From the NCBI GenBank assembly GCA_016182045.1, contig JACOYE010000011.1, positions 39 through 64,038 of the forward strand: a stretch of 64,000 nt of DNA. The letters run 5' to 3'. The notes beneath the pieces were generated by a model that was not told the origin of the DNA, did not search any database, and saw nothing but the letters and a program-made list of their open reading frames with translations. This DNA is from Candidatus Microgenomates bacterium. Its GTDB lineage: Bacteria; Patescibacteriota; Microgenomatia; Daviesbacterales; UBA10151. Positions 11,496 to 21,079 of the stretch are shown here, one piece after another. The position numbers and the translations under genes were made by a program. Numbering within the stretch: the first letter of the stretch is position 1; every line of letters begins with the position of its first letter.

Positions 11496-12830
11496 ATGAG
11501 CATAACTACAGTTGAAAAAATTGAGAGGTTTCCTGCTGATCGACCAGTAGCTATTGTTTTGGGTAGCTCCAGAGGTATCGGGGGTGCTGCAGCAGAAGCT
11601 TTAGGAAAAGCAGGAATTAGTGTTCTTGGTACTCATGCTCATGAGCAGTTTAATAAAAGGCAATCTCAAGTAGAAACAAGAGTTCATCAAAGTGGAGGGT
11701 ATATGCATTCAATTGTGGCTGATATGACCAAAGGAGTAGGTCATCAGGCCCTACTTGAAACTTCTCGCATAGTGGCTCCTGATGGGTTTGATTACATAGT
11801 TATCAACTTTGCAGTGGGATTAGAAGAGAATGCCGATGATGCGTACGCGGAAAAAGGTAATATTGCTGCTCCGATAAGAATACTGGAGATGTTCTTGCCC
11901 ATGATGCATCGAGGAGGCAAAGCGCTATACGTAACCAGCCTTTGGGCAGATAGGTATGGAGAGTTGGAACAGCCACCAGGATATGAGAAAAGAGTTGCTC
12001 GACCTAAAAAAATTACTCAGCAATTACTGATTAATAGAATTCCCTATCTTTCTTCATTAGGGATAAATCTTGGTTTTGTGCGAGGACATGTCATCAAAGA
12101 TACTGGTTTTTACACCATAGCTCAGCGTAAATATCCTGATTTATTAGAGAAATTAAAGTTGACGGCTGAAGATGGAGATTTTGCAACTGCTGCAGATATG
12201 GGCACTGCCATAAGAGATATGATAATAGGTGGATTTGAGACAGGCGATATGATGAGTGTAGGAGGCACAGAAGCATATCCTTATACAGGAGTTCAGCCCG
12301 CACCGTTCGTACTAAATAGAATGCAAATTTCTGAAAACTGGTTGCCGATGTATGGGGATGATAAGTTGCTAATTGATCTATTTGTCTCCCACAAAGATAA
12401 AAACACAGGGCAGGCTCGTTTTGATGTAATGCAAAGAAATGTAGAAGGTCATTTTAAAGAAGGCTATGCGGGCGGAATTCAGGTATTTCGAGGGGTGGAG
12501 ATTCTAGAAGCTGAGGTTCAAACGGTAGGGGCTATTGTGCGGGCACGCGATCCTAATATGATTATAGTCCCAGCTGGCGAAGGAAAAATCCCACTTTTCC
12601 GTAAGGCACAAGTTGCGTGGGATGGAATGGTATTCCCAGGTGATCAAATTATTATGGATGGGGAGATTATATCTGTAGAAAAGAATTATGTTACAGCTGT
12701 ATGCAAGGCCTGGATTAGGGGTGTAGGGATTATTTCTCAGAGTGAGGTAGGGTTTAACCTTGCATCGCCAAAGGTTGCTCAAAGACTAATTAAGGAACAA
12801 AAGGCTTTAAGAGATAAATACTGGGATTAG
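11496..12830 (+). CDS. SDR oxidoreductase fused to a FabA/FabZ-like hotdog domain
   Basis: AIVLGSSRGIG Rossmann motif; C-terminal LLID, GHF, GVEILEA, VFPGD. Confidence 0.75.
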   Translation: MSITTVEKIERFPADRPVAIVLGSSRGIGGAAAEALGKAGISVLGTHAHEQFNKRQSQVETRVHQSGGYMHSIVADMTKGVGHQALLETSRIVAPDGFDYIVINFAVGLEENADDAYAEKGNIAAPIRILEMFLPMMHRGGKALYVTSLWADRYGELEQPPGYEKRVARPKKITQQLLINRIPYLSSLGINLGFVRGHVIKDTGFYTIAQRKYPDLLEKLKLTAEDGDFATAADMGTAIRDMIIGGFETGDMMSVGGTEAYPYTGVQPAPFVLNRMQISENWLPMYGDDKLLIDLFVSHKDKNTGQARFDVMQRNVEGHFKEGYAGGIQVFRGVEILEAEVQTVGAIVRARDPNMIIVPAGEGKIPLFRKAQVAWDGMVFPGDQIIMDGEIISVEKNYVTAVCKAWIRGVGIISQSEVGFNLASPKVAQRLIKEQKALRDKYWD

Positions 12831-12851
12831 TTAAATTAAAAGCATTAATAG

Positions 12852-13475
12852 TTAACTGTTTCTTAAATTTATTCCTAATGTTGTAATGAATCTATAATCT
12901 TCTTTTAAGTTTTCAACAACAGATCTTCTATGAGAGAAATAATCCTTACTTTCATAAGTACAAATTTTTGGATTGTCTATATTTTTCTTTAAGACACTAA
13001 GCTTTTGCAGTTGATCTTCTGCTAATTGCCAAAGATTTAGTCTGTAATGACACGGCCCAATAGATGGACCGAATTTTACAATTAAATCTTTAGGATTTGT
13101 ATTAAAATTTTTCTTCATACTTTTAACTACATTTTTTATTATGTCCTTTTCTAATCCTCTCCATCCTACATGAATTAAACCAATAGCATTATGCTTTGGG
13201 TCATAAAGACCGATGGGAATGCAATCGGCAATTTTCACCATTAAATATATTCCTGTTTCATTGGTAATTAGTCCATCTGCTTTAGTATCTGAACTTGGTA
13301 GGCGGTTGGTAACACTGATTATCTTATTACTATGTATTTGTTTGACTTCAGCAACAGAGTTTGGATTAATCCCCAGTCTTTTTAGAAATTTTTTTCTATT
13401 TTCTAAGACTGTCTTTTTATCTTCTCTGAAAAAAGACATGTTTCCATCTGAAACTTTTGAAGATACAAAAATCAT
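12852..13475 (-). CDS. pgeF: YfiH/PgeF family (laccase-like) protein
   Basis: QIHS, ADGLIT, ADCIPI, HVGWRG, GPSIGPC, FSHRR. Confidence 0.9.
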   Translation of the reverse strand: MIFVSSKVSDGNMSFFREDKKTVLENRKKFLKRLGINPNSVAEVKQIHSNKIISVTNRLPSSDTKADGLITNETGIYLMVKIADCIPIGLYDPKHNAIGLIHVGWRGLEKDIIKNVVKSMKKNFNTNPKDLIVKFGPSIGPCHYRLNLWQLAEDQLQKLSVLKKNIDNPKICTYESKDYFSHRRSVVENLKEDYRFITTLGINLRNS

Positions 13476-14890
13476 ATACGTGGGAACAACGGTAGTGCTG
13501 ATTTAATTGCTCCCAAGAATTGTTTTTCTATTTTTTGGGCAGTTTCGGGGAGAAATGGTCTAAGATTGTAGGCTATAGCCTGAATTCTTTTAACGTAATC
13601 TTCTAAAATTTTCTTTAATTCTTGCCCGGACAATTCCCAAGGTTTGTCCTGATTAATTTTTTTATCTGCCTCAGTAATAAGTTGCCAAATTACAGATAAG
13701 GCCTCATTAAATTTAAACTCCCCCATATATTTTTCCAAATCAGCACACCAAACATTAGATCTTGTGGTAGCCTCTATATTATTTTGTTCACAAAGTTTAG
13801 CCACTCTGGCCACCAAATTCCCCAATCCATTTGCCAAATCTGCATTATAGCTTTCTTTAAATTTTTCCTCTGAAAAATCCCCGTCTTGAAATGGCGAGAG
13901 TTTGGCCAGTAGGTAATACCGCAACGGGTCAGCACCATATTTTTCCACCAAGGGTATTGGATCTAAAACATTGCCCAAAGTTTTGGACATCTTTTGACCT
14001 TCCACAGTAATATATTCATGGACCAACAACTTTTTTGGTAAAGGTAATCCTGCAGACAATAAAATGGCTGGCCAATAAACAGCATGGAATCTAATAATCC
14101 CTTTGCCAATGACATGTATGTCAGCCGGCCACCATTTTTGATATTTTTTATCATCCCAGCCAAAACCTATACCCGACTGATAAATATTTAAAGCATCAAA
14201 CCAGACATAGATTCGCTGAGTTGGGTCATTTGGGACAGTCACACCCCAATTCTTTGCTCTCTCATTGGTCCTTGAAACACTAAAATCCTGTAAGCCCTTT
14301 TTTATGAAGGACAGGACTTCGTTTTTTCGAAATTGCGGGACAATTTGGTATTCATCTGATTCAATGATTTGAATCAATTGATCTTGATACTTTGATAGCT
14401 TGAAGAAATAATTTTCTTCGCTGACCTCTTCTAATTTTTTACCCGGATGCTCAAAGCATTCACCGTTTTCATTAAGTTCCTCTTTTGCATAAAAGGTTTC
14501 ACAACCTACACAATAAAGACCTGAATATGATTTTTTGTAGATATCACCTGATTTAGCACATAGTTGCCATAATTTTTGGGCGGATGGATAATGATGTTTT
14601 TGATCGCTGCCTTTTTGGAAGACATCAAATTGGATATTAAGTTTTTGAGCCAGGTTTTCAAAAAGCCTGGCATTTTGATCAACAAGAGTTTGTGTGTCTA
14701 GGCCTGCTTCCTCAGCAGCTTGGACATTTTTTAAGGCATTTTCATCAGCCCCAGACAGCAGCAAAACTTGCTTATCCAGCAACCTGTGAAAACGGGCAAT
14801 TGTATCTGCCTGGATAAACTCCAGCGCATGACCTATGTGGGGTTTAGCATTAACATATGGAATTGCTGTTGTGATATAGAACTTGCTCAT
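13472..14890 (-). CDS. metG: Methionine--tRNA ligase (short form)
   Basis: TTAIPYVN, HIGH, YVWFDAL, KMSKT. Confidence 0.97.
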   Translation of the reverse strand: MSKFYITTAIPYVNAKPHIGHALEFIQADTIARFHRLLDKQVLLLSGADENALKNVQAAEEAGLDTQTLVDQNARLFENLAQKLNIQFDVFQKGSDQKHHYPSAQKLWQLCAKSGDIYKKSYSGLYCVGCETFYAKEELNENGECFEHPGKKLEEVSEENYFFKLSKYQDQLIQIIESDEYQIVPQFRKNEVLSFIKKGLQDFSVSRTNERAKNWGVTVPNDPTQRIYVWFDALNIYQSGIGFGWDDKKYQKWWPADIHVIGKGIIRFHAVYWPAILLSAGLPLPKKLLVHEYITVEGQKMSKTLGNVLDPIPLVEKYGADPLRYYLLAKLSPFQDGDFSEEKFKESYNADLANGLGNLVARVAKLCEQNNIEATTRSNVWCADLEKYMGEFKFNEALSVIWQLITEADKKINQDKPWELSGQELKKILEDYVKRIQAIAYNLRPFLPETAQKIEKQFLGAIKSALPLFPRI

Positions 14891-14894
14891 AAAT

Positions 14895-15266
14895 CTAAAT
14901 ACCCTTTCTTAGTCTGGTTATTCTAGGAATTCTTGGCAGTTTAGTCAAATTAATTTTTCTAAAATAACTGGCCAATAGCCCTACTGCTATTGCTGTCAAA
15001 ATTCCTGTGACTAAATTTAGAGAGTCTAGTGATTTGAGGATCATTAGAAAGATTAAGCCCAAAGAGAGAGAAGTTGAGATAAAAATATTTTTTAAGAAGA
15101 TGTTTAAAGTTAAAGTTATAGCCAAAAACAGGGGGATAAAAAATGATAAAAGCTGGATTATATTTGCCTGAGTGATACTTTCCGGATAGGGAATCTGTAA
15201 AACTACATATCCAAAAATCCCCCATAAAAAGAGGGAGGGAATAATCTTTGGGATAATTTTGACCAT
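14895..15266 (-). CDS. Hypothetical membrane protein
   Basis: about 4 TM segments, co-oriented in the operon. Confidence 0.65.
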   Translation of the reverse strand: MVKIIPKIIPSLFLWGIFGYVVLQIPYPESITQANIIQLLSFFIPLFLAITLTLNIFLKNIFISTSLSLGLIFLMILKSLDSLNLVTGILTAIAVGLLASYFRKINLTKLPRIPRITRLRKGI

Positions 15267-15280
15267 AAATCCATTGTAAC

Positions 15281-17440
15281 CTAAACGCCCACTACCTCAA
15301 AGGTAGAACCTGCTGCATTTTTGGAAACTTCAATCCGCACAGGAAATTCTTCTTTTAGTTCTTCCAAATGAGTTATTACCAAGATTTTTTCAAAATCATT
15401 CTTGATAGCATCTAAAACTTCCACAATCCTTGTTCTCCCCTCCACATCTTGCGTTCCAAATCCTTCATCTATCACCAAAAATTGTAATTTTGCCCCGGCT
15501 CTTCTTGTTAGAAGTTTTGATATAGCCAAGCGGATGGCAAAATTAACTCTGAACTGCTCACCACCACTATAGGCTTCATAGGATCTTTCACCCATCTCAT
15601 CAGAGATAATAATATCTAATGTTTCAATAATGCCTTTTTCTCCGCTTTCCAGTTTAGTCTTGGTTTCTCTTTGAGTAAGCAGAGAAATTTTCATCCGGCC
15701 ATCAGTCAGTTTGTCTAATAAACTGTTAGCTTCATCCTCAATTTCCGGTATGGCAGATTCAATGATCATGGCCTGAATACCTTTTTTTCCAAAAGCAAAT
15801 TGCAACTCATCCAAAATTTCTTTTTCTTTTTGTAAATTACTTTTATCTTTTTGTTTCTCTTCTTGTAATTTCTCTAACTGTTTAGATCTGGAGATTAATT
15901 CTTCTGCCCTTCCCAAAAGGCCTCTTACCTGCTTTTCTTCTAAGCGCAAGTTGGTAATCCTATTTTCTTTTTGTTCCAATATAATTTTTACTTTTCCTAA
16001 GTCTTGGTCTATTTGGGGAAGTTTTTCAGCCTCCTTTTCCAATACCTTGACTTGTTCTTCTTTATTTTTATAAAGAGCGCGCAGATCCTCAACAGTTTTT
16101 CTTTCTGTTTCTAAAGCTGCTTTATTTTGTAAGGCATTTTCTTTCTGCTTTTGTAAATCTTCCAGTTGCTTTAACTCAGTCTGAATATTTTCAAGCTTTT
16201 TTTCATCAAAAGTAACTTCTTTTAAATTGCTTACTAATTTATTAAGTATATTTTCTTCATCTTGTGTCTTAATTTTTGAAAGTTCGTTTTGTTTTTGTTG
16301 CAATTTATTGGCAATCTCTAACTTGATTTGATGTTTTTGGTCTTTGTTAATTAATTGCCCACAAGTGGGACATTTTGCCCCTTTTTGTTCTAGCGTAGTA
16401 ACCTGCTTTTTTAACTGGTCAATTTCCTGCCCCAAAAGGTTCCTCTGTTGATCCTTAAGCTTGATTTGGTAGGAAACTTCACTAATTTGTTTTTCTATCT
16501 CCAATTTTTTTTGATTTTGGATTATCAATTTATCAGCCTCTTTCTTAAGGAACTTTAACCTTAAAAGTTCCTTTTCCATGTTTTCTAAATTTGAGATTGA
16601 TTGTTCTAACTCCTTTATACGATCTGCTCTTTGTTTTCCTTGAGAAACAATTTGTTCCAACTCTTGTCTTTGAAAGTTTAAATTTTGTTCCATTTTTTGA
16701 CGTTGCTCCAAAACAATATTTAGTGTTTCTTTCTCCTTTTGCAAGATGTTGATTTCTTGTTCTAATATCTTGATCTCACTTTCTACTTTGCTTACTTTTT
16801 GTTTGGTTTGATCAAGTTCTTTTTCTCTTTCATCTTTTTGGGATAATTCTGCCTCAATTTCCAAAAGCTGATATTCCAAAAGTTGCAGTTTGGCTTGGAT
16901 TTCTTTAACTTTATCTTTGGCTTTTTCCTCTAAAATATCATAATCAGATAAACCCAAAATATCAGAAAGAATTCTTTTTCTATCAGTTGGACCTTTGGTG
17001 GTAAACTCATCAGCATGCCCTTGCCTTAAAAATGCAGAGTTGGTGAAAGTCTCAAAACTGAGATGCAGAAGATTGATAATTTTCTCCTGGGTTGCTTTGA
17101 TAGTTCCTTCAGTTAGATTATAACTGCCAGACCAAAGTTCCAAGGAGGTTGAACCGCCGCCCTTTTTTGATCTTTGTCTTTTGATGGTAAATTCCCCTCC
17201 ATCTAATTTAAAAGAAAATTCTACCCACATGTCATTTTTGCCAAGATGAACTAATGAGTCTGAAGAATCCCCAGTTCGAGATTGCCCCCAAAGACACCAG
17301 GTGATGGCATCTAAAAGTGAAGATTTACCGGCCCCGTTTGGGCCGGAAATGGCTGCCAAATGAAATTTTCTAAAATCCAACTCCTTTGGCCCATCAGAAT
17401 AGGAAGTGAAATTTGATAATTTAAGAGAAACAGGTATCAT
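15281..17440 (-). CDS. sbcC: SbcC/Rad50 ATPase
   Basis: GPNGAGKSS, coiled coil, CPTCG hook, YSGGE, IDEGFG. Confidence 0.95.
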   Translation of the reverse strand: MIPVSLKLSNFTSYSDGPKELDFRKFHLAAISGPNGAGKSSLLDAITWCLWGQSRTGDSSDSLVHLGKNDMWVEFSFKLDGGEFTIKRQRSKKGGGSTSLELWSGSYNLTEGTIKATQEKIINLLHLSFETFTNSAFLRQGHADEFTTKGPTDRKRILSDILGLSDYDILEEKAKDKVKEIQAKLQLLEYQLLEIEAELSQKDEREKELDQTKQKVSKVESEIKILEQEINILQKEKETLNIVLEQRQKMEQNLNFQRQELEQIVSQGKQRADRIKELEQSISNLENMEKELLRLKFLKKEADKLIIQNQKKLEIEKQISEVSYQIKLKDQQRNLLGQEIDQLKKQVTTLEQKGAKCPTCGQLINKDQKHQIKLEIANKLQQKQNELSKIKTQDEENILNKLVSNLKEVTFDEKKLENIQTELKQLEDLQKQKENALQNKAALETERKTVEDLRALYKNKEEQVKVLEKEAEKLPQIDQDLGKVKIILEQKENRITNLRLEEKQVRGLLGRAEELISRSKQLEKLQEEKQKDKSNLQKEKEILDELQFAFGKKGIQAMIIESAIPEIEDEANSLLDKLTDGRMKISLLTQRETKTKLESGEKGIIETLDIIISDEMGERSYEAYSGGEQFRVNFAIRLAISKLLTRRAGAKLQFLVIDEGFGTQDVEGRTRIVEVLDAIKNDFEKILVITHLEELKEEFPVRIEVSKNAAGSTFEVVGV

Positions 17441-18594
17441 TCTAATAGCTGGGCAGCGTATTTTTCCATGATCTTTTGTTTTTCCAAAGGTATTTTTTTG
17501 GCTTGAAAATACATCCTTAAGGCCTCAACCGGTGTTAAGCTTTCAACCTCTATTTCACTACTTACTCTTACTCTATCTATCCTCTCTACATTTTTTGAGA
17601 TACCAGCTAAAAAGTGAGCATCTTTTAAAGCCTTTTTAACTTGATCAATTAGAATTTCGCTGTTTAAGTCAGCAGGAATATTAATATTTATTCGGACTAT
17701 TTTATTCTCTATATCATGCTTTTTTATTTCATCTAAAATTGTTTGGGTAGGATCCGGGTCATCAGATTTTAAATCAATAATGATGGTTAAAAATTGTCTG
17801 GCATTAGTGGGGATGAATTGGATGGTGGATGGTGGATGGTGGATGGTGGACTTTATTTCCACCAAACATATTCCTTTTTCTTCTTTTTCCTCCCCAAAAT
17901 CAATTCTTTGGGGTGATCCGGAATAAACAATTAAAGGGTCTTTTCCTAAAATCTGGTGTTTATGAATGTGTCCTAAAGCAACATAAGAGAGTCGTTTATC
18001 TTGTAAAAGTGGCAAGGGAATTGTCACATCATTTCCAATAGCCATGCCTTTTTCGCTGCCATATTGGGCCCCGACAACCTCAGCGTGAGATAACAAAATA
18101 GCAGGTCCATCTGATGTGATTTTGTCATACAAAAGATTGAGTTTTTCACCAACAGTTTTGTAATCATTTTTATGAAGCCAGGGTAGAGTGATAACTTGTA
18201 AATCACCACTTTTGGTGGGAATTTTTAAAAGTTCTGGTTTTCTGGAAACATAAACGTTGTCAATCTCCAAAGCAGAGTAAATATCTAAAGTATTGGCTTT
18301 TCCTTGAGCATTTGGAGTATCATGATTGCCCACCACTAAAACTACTGGTAATTGTCTGGCCAGTTTTCTTATTCTTTCACCAAAGCCTCTTTGCTGAGTA
18401 GGATTTGGATCGCGGGTTTTGTAAGCGTCTCCTGCAAAAACTACACAATCAACATCTTCCTTAAAAGCTGTATCAATAATAAAATCAAAAGTCTGGAAAA
18501 AGTCTAAAAGTCTGGTGGAAAGCCCAGTTTGGGGATCCAACTTTGCATAATTTTCCATACCGATGTGAATATCAGAAAAATGCAGGAGTTTCAT
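17437..18594 (-). CDS. sbcD: SbcD/Mre11 nuclease
   Basis: HFSDIHIG, AGD, GNHD, LGHIH, YSGS; start at ATG 18594. Confidence 0.95.
   Translation of the reverse strand: MKLLHFSDIHIGMENYAKLDPQTGLSTRLLDFFQTFDFIIDTAFKEDVDCVVFAGDAYKTRDPNPTQQRGFGERIRKLARQLPVVLVVGNHDTPNAQGKANTLDIYSALEIDNVYVSRKPELLKIPTKSGDLQVITLPWLHKNDYKTVGEKLNLLYDKITSDGPAILLSHAEVVGAQYGSEKGMAIGNDVTIPLPLLQDKRLSYVALGHIHKHQILGKDPLIVYSGSPQRIDFGEEKEEKGICLVEIKSTIHHPPSTIQFIPTNARQFLTIIIDLKSDDPDPTQTILDEIKKHDIENKIVRININIPADLNSEILIDQVKKALKDAHFLAGISKNVERIDRVRVSSEIEVESLTPVEALRMYFQAKKIPLEKQKIMEKYAAQLLE
17819..17850. repeat. Perfect heptamer array (GATGGTG)x4 inside sbcD
   Basis: direct reading; encodes STIHHPPSTIQ. Confidence 0.95.
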
Positions 18595-18636
18595 GGCACT
18601 CGCGATTTTATCATAGTCCATGCTACAATGTCAGCC

Positions 18637-19770
18637 ATGTTTGAGCGAAGAATAAAAATATTAAAGCAACATTTAAAAAGAGAAAAATTGGATGGAGTTT
18701 TAATCTCATCTGTTCCTAATATTACATATCTGACCGGCTATTCCAATTTTTTTAAAGAGGAAAGAGATGGTTATCTTTTAATAACCAAAGATAGAAATTA
18801 TATTTTAACTCACTCTATTTACAGTAAGGCTATAAATATCTCAAATTTTAAAGTAGTTGAAATAAGTCGTAGGGAACCGCCTGCAAAAGTAATGCAGAAA
18901 ATCTTAAAAAATAATGATGCATATATTGGAATTGAAGAACATGATTTAAGGGTTTATGAGTATAAGAAATTAGTTTTTGTTTTTAAAAATCTGAAAAACT
19001 TTGACCTAAAAATAAAAAGATCTATTAAGGATAAAGATGAGATTGAATTAATTTCCAAAGCATGTCAGATTGGTGATAAAGTTTTTAAAAAAGCAGTAAC
19101 AAAAATTAAATTAGGAATTTCTGAAAAGAAACTTGCTTTTGCAATAGATAATGTAATTAAAAAATTGGGTTATGAACCTTCCTTTAAAATTATTATTGCA
19201 TTTGGTAAAAATGCAGCATATCCTCATCATGAATCAGGAAAAGATAGGTTAAGAAAAAATCAGTTTGTTTTAATGGACTTTGGTGTAAAGTTTGAAAATT
19301 ATTGTTCTGATATGACTAGAACTGTCTTTTTTGGTAAACCTAATAAGAAACAAATAAAAATGTATGAGACAGTACTGAGGGCCCAACAAAAGAGTGTAGA
19401 TTCCATAAATGAAAGCATTAAAAAAGGCAAGAAAATTTTGGCTAGAGATATTGATAATGTGGCAAGAGAGTACATAGAGTCAAAAGGTTTTCCAACTATT
19501 CCACATTCCTTGGGCCATGGGATTGGACTTGAGGTACATGAGCATCCGAGCCTTTCTTCAAAAAGCAAAGATTTCTTAAAAGAGGGGATGGTTTTTTCTA
19601 TAGAACCAGGAATTTATATTCCAGGTTTTGGCTCGCCTCGCTCGACTCGTCTCGCGACGAAGCGGACGCGAGTCGAAGCGGGCGGAGTAAGGATTGAGGA
19701 TTTATATTTATTTACAAATAAGGGTTTAAAACAAATTACCACTTCCCCTAAAAGTCTAATCGAGTTATAA
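18637..19770 (+). CDS. Xaa-Pro aminopeptidase (M24 family)
   Basis: YLTGY, DFG, SDMTRT, HSLGHGIGLEVHE, EPGIY, GVRIED. Confidence 0.93.
   Translation: MFERRIKILKQHLKREKLDGVLISSVPNITYLTGYSNFFKEERDGYLLITKDRNYILTHSIYSKAINISNFKVVEISRREPPAKVMQKILKNNDAYIGIEEHDLRVYEYKKLVFVFKNLKNFDLKIKRSIKDKDEIELISKACQIGDKVFKKAVTKIKLGISEKKLAFAIDNVIKKLGYEPSFKIIIAFGKNAAYPHHESGKDRLRKNQFVLMDFGVKFENYCSDMTRTVFFGKPNKKQIKMYETVLRAQQKSVDSINESIKKGKKILARDIDNVAREYIESKGFPTIPHSLGHGIGLEVHEHPSLSSKSKDFLKEGMVFSIEPGIYIPGFGSPRSTRLATKRTRVEAGGVRIEDLYLFTNKGLKQITTSPKSLIEL
19632..19683. repeat. Family C element with nested hairpin in the M24 peptidase
   Basis: CTCGCCTCGC...CGAAGCGGGC; adds 17 aa within the IPGFGGVRIED motif. Confidence 0.9.
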
Positions 19771-19786
19771 TATTTTGTTTCTTGCT

Positions 19787-20401
19787 ATGGATAAATGGAC
19801 GAAGTTAACAACTAAAGAAACTATCAATAAAACCATAGAGGCCTTAAAGGCCAATGGGATAGAGGCACATTTTGTAGAAAATGGTAAGAAGGCCAAAGAG
19901 TTGGCTTTAGAATTAATTCCTGAGGGTAGTGAGGTGATGACGATGAGTTCAACTACCTTAGACACCATCAATTTGTCTGAAGAGGTAAATAAAGAGGGAA
20001 GCAAATTTAAACCAGTCAGAGACAAACTTTATTCCATGGATCCAACCACTCAATTGCAGGAAATGAATCGTTTGGGGGCAGCACCCCAATATACTTTGGG
20101 AAGTGTTCATGCAGTCACAGAAGAGGGACAAGTTTTAATTGCCTCAAATTCCGGCAGCCAGCTACCTGCTTATGCATATGGTGCATTGCATGTAATTTGG
20201 GTAGTAGGGGCACAAAAAATTGTGAAAAATATTTCGGAGGGAATAAAGAGGATTTATGAACACTCCTTTCCTTTAGAAGATGAAAGAGCCAGTAAGGCTT
20301 ATGGAATTGGCAGTGGAGTCAATAAAATTTTAATTATTAATAAGGAAAAACAAATAGGAAGAATTACTTTGATTTTTGTTAATGAAAAATTAGGTTTTTA
20401 A
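19787..20401 (+). CDS. LUD domain (lactate utilization-like) protein
   Basis: LGSVHAVTEEG, SGSQL, VVGAQKIV. Confidence 0.85.
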   Translation: MDKWTKLTTKETINKTIEALKANGIEAHFVENGKKAKELALELIPEGSEVMTMSSTTLDTINLSEEVNKEGSKFKPVRDKLYSMDPTTQLQEMNRLGAAPQYTLGSVHAVTEEGQVLIASNSGSQLPAYAYGALHVIWVVGAQKIVKNISEGIKRIYEHSFPLEDERASKAYGIGSGVNKILIINKEKQIGRITLIFVNEKLGF

Positions 20402-20952
20402 CGACGGTAAATTCGGAAATTGCCAGCCCCTTTAATATCCTTTGAAAAATCAATTTCTTTTGATAAATCTATCTTTTTAAAAGGCCTCCAATGAGAGAAA
20501 TGATAAGTTTGTGTAATAACAATAGAGCCCTTTTTTAATTCTTTTCTTAATCTCCCTTCCAGCTTATTAACCCCTTTTTGCAAAAGAAAAACATAAACAA
20601 TGTCGGCATCCGCGTATGACTTCTTAAAAAGATCGCCGTGATAAAATTGACAATTTAATCCTCGAGGACTATTTTGTCTGCTAGCTTTCCATCTGGAATA
20701 TAAAACTCTAATCCAAGATTGTTCTATGCCGACTGTATCTGCTCCGAGTTTGGCAGCTTCAATGACTACCCTGCCATCCCCAGATCCTAACTCGTAAAAT
20801 TTCTTACCCTTTTTAATTCCTGCCAGTTTTAAAATTTTTCTAATTTGATCCATTTTGGTGGGAACATAAGGAGCATCAGATCCGGCAAACCAGGATAGAG
20901 CAATAATACAGCCAATTAGAATACCTCCAGAGATAATCAGTGTGATATCCAT
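20398..20952 (-). CDS. Class I SAM-dependent methyltransferase
   Basis: APYVPT, ELGSGDGR. Confidence 0.88.
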   Translation of the reverse strand: MDITLIISGGILIGCIIALSWFAGSDAPYVPTKMDQIRKILKLAGIKKGKKFYELGSGDGRVVIEAAKLGADTVGIEQSWIRVLYSRWKASRQNSPRGLNCQFYHGDLFKKSYADADIVYVFLLQKGVNKLEGRLRKELKKGSIVITQTYHFSHWRPFKKIDLSKEIDFSKDIKGAGNFRIYRR

Positions 20953-20969
20953 TTGTTAAATATTAGCTT

Positions 20970-21079
20970 AATTTTCAAGTACCAATTTACAATTTCCAAT
21001 CAAATATCAATGATTAAATTTTCAAAACATTGATAAATTGAAAATTCATTGAAAATTGAGAATTAAAAATTGAAAAATT
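20970..21079. repeat. AT-rich heptamer-based inverted element
   Basis: AATTTTC-type units then GAAAATT-type units; left arm homologous to 61832-61893. Confidence 0.8.

Noticed and set aside
20656-20671. TCCTCGAGGA palindrome in the methyltransferase as another element
   Set aside because: Only 10 bp and single copy; could be chance.
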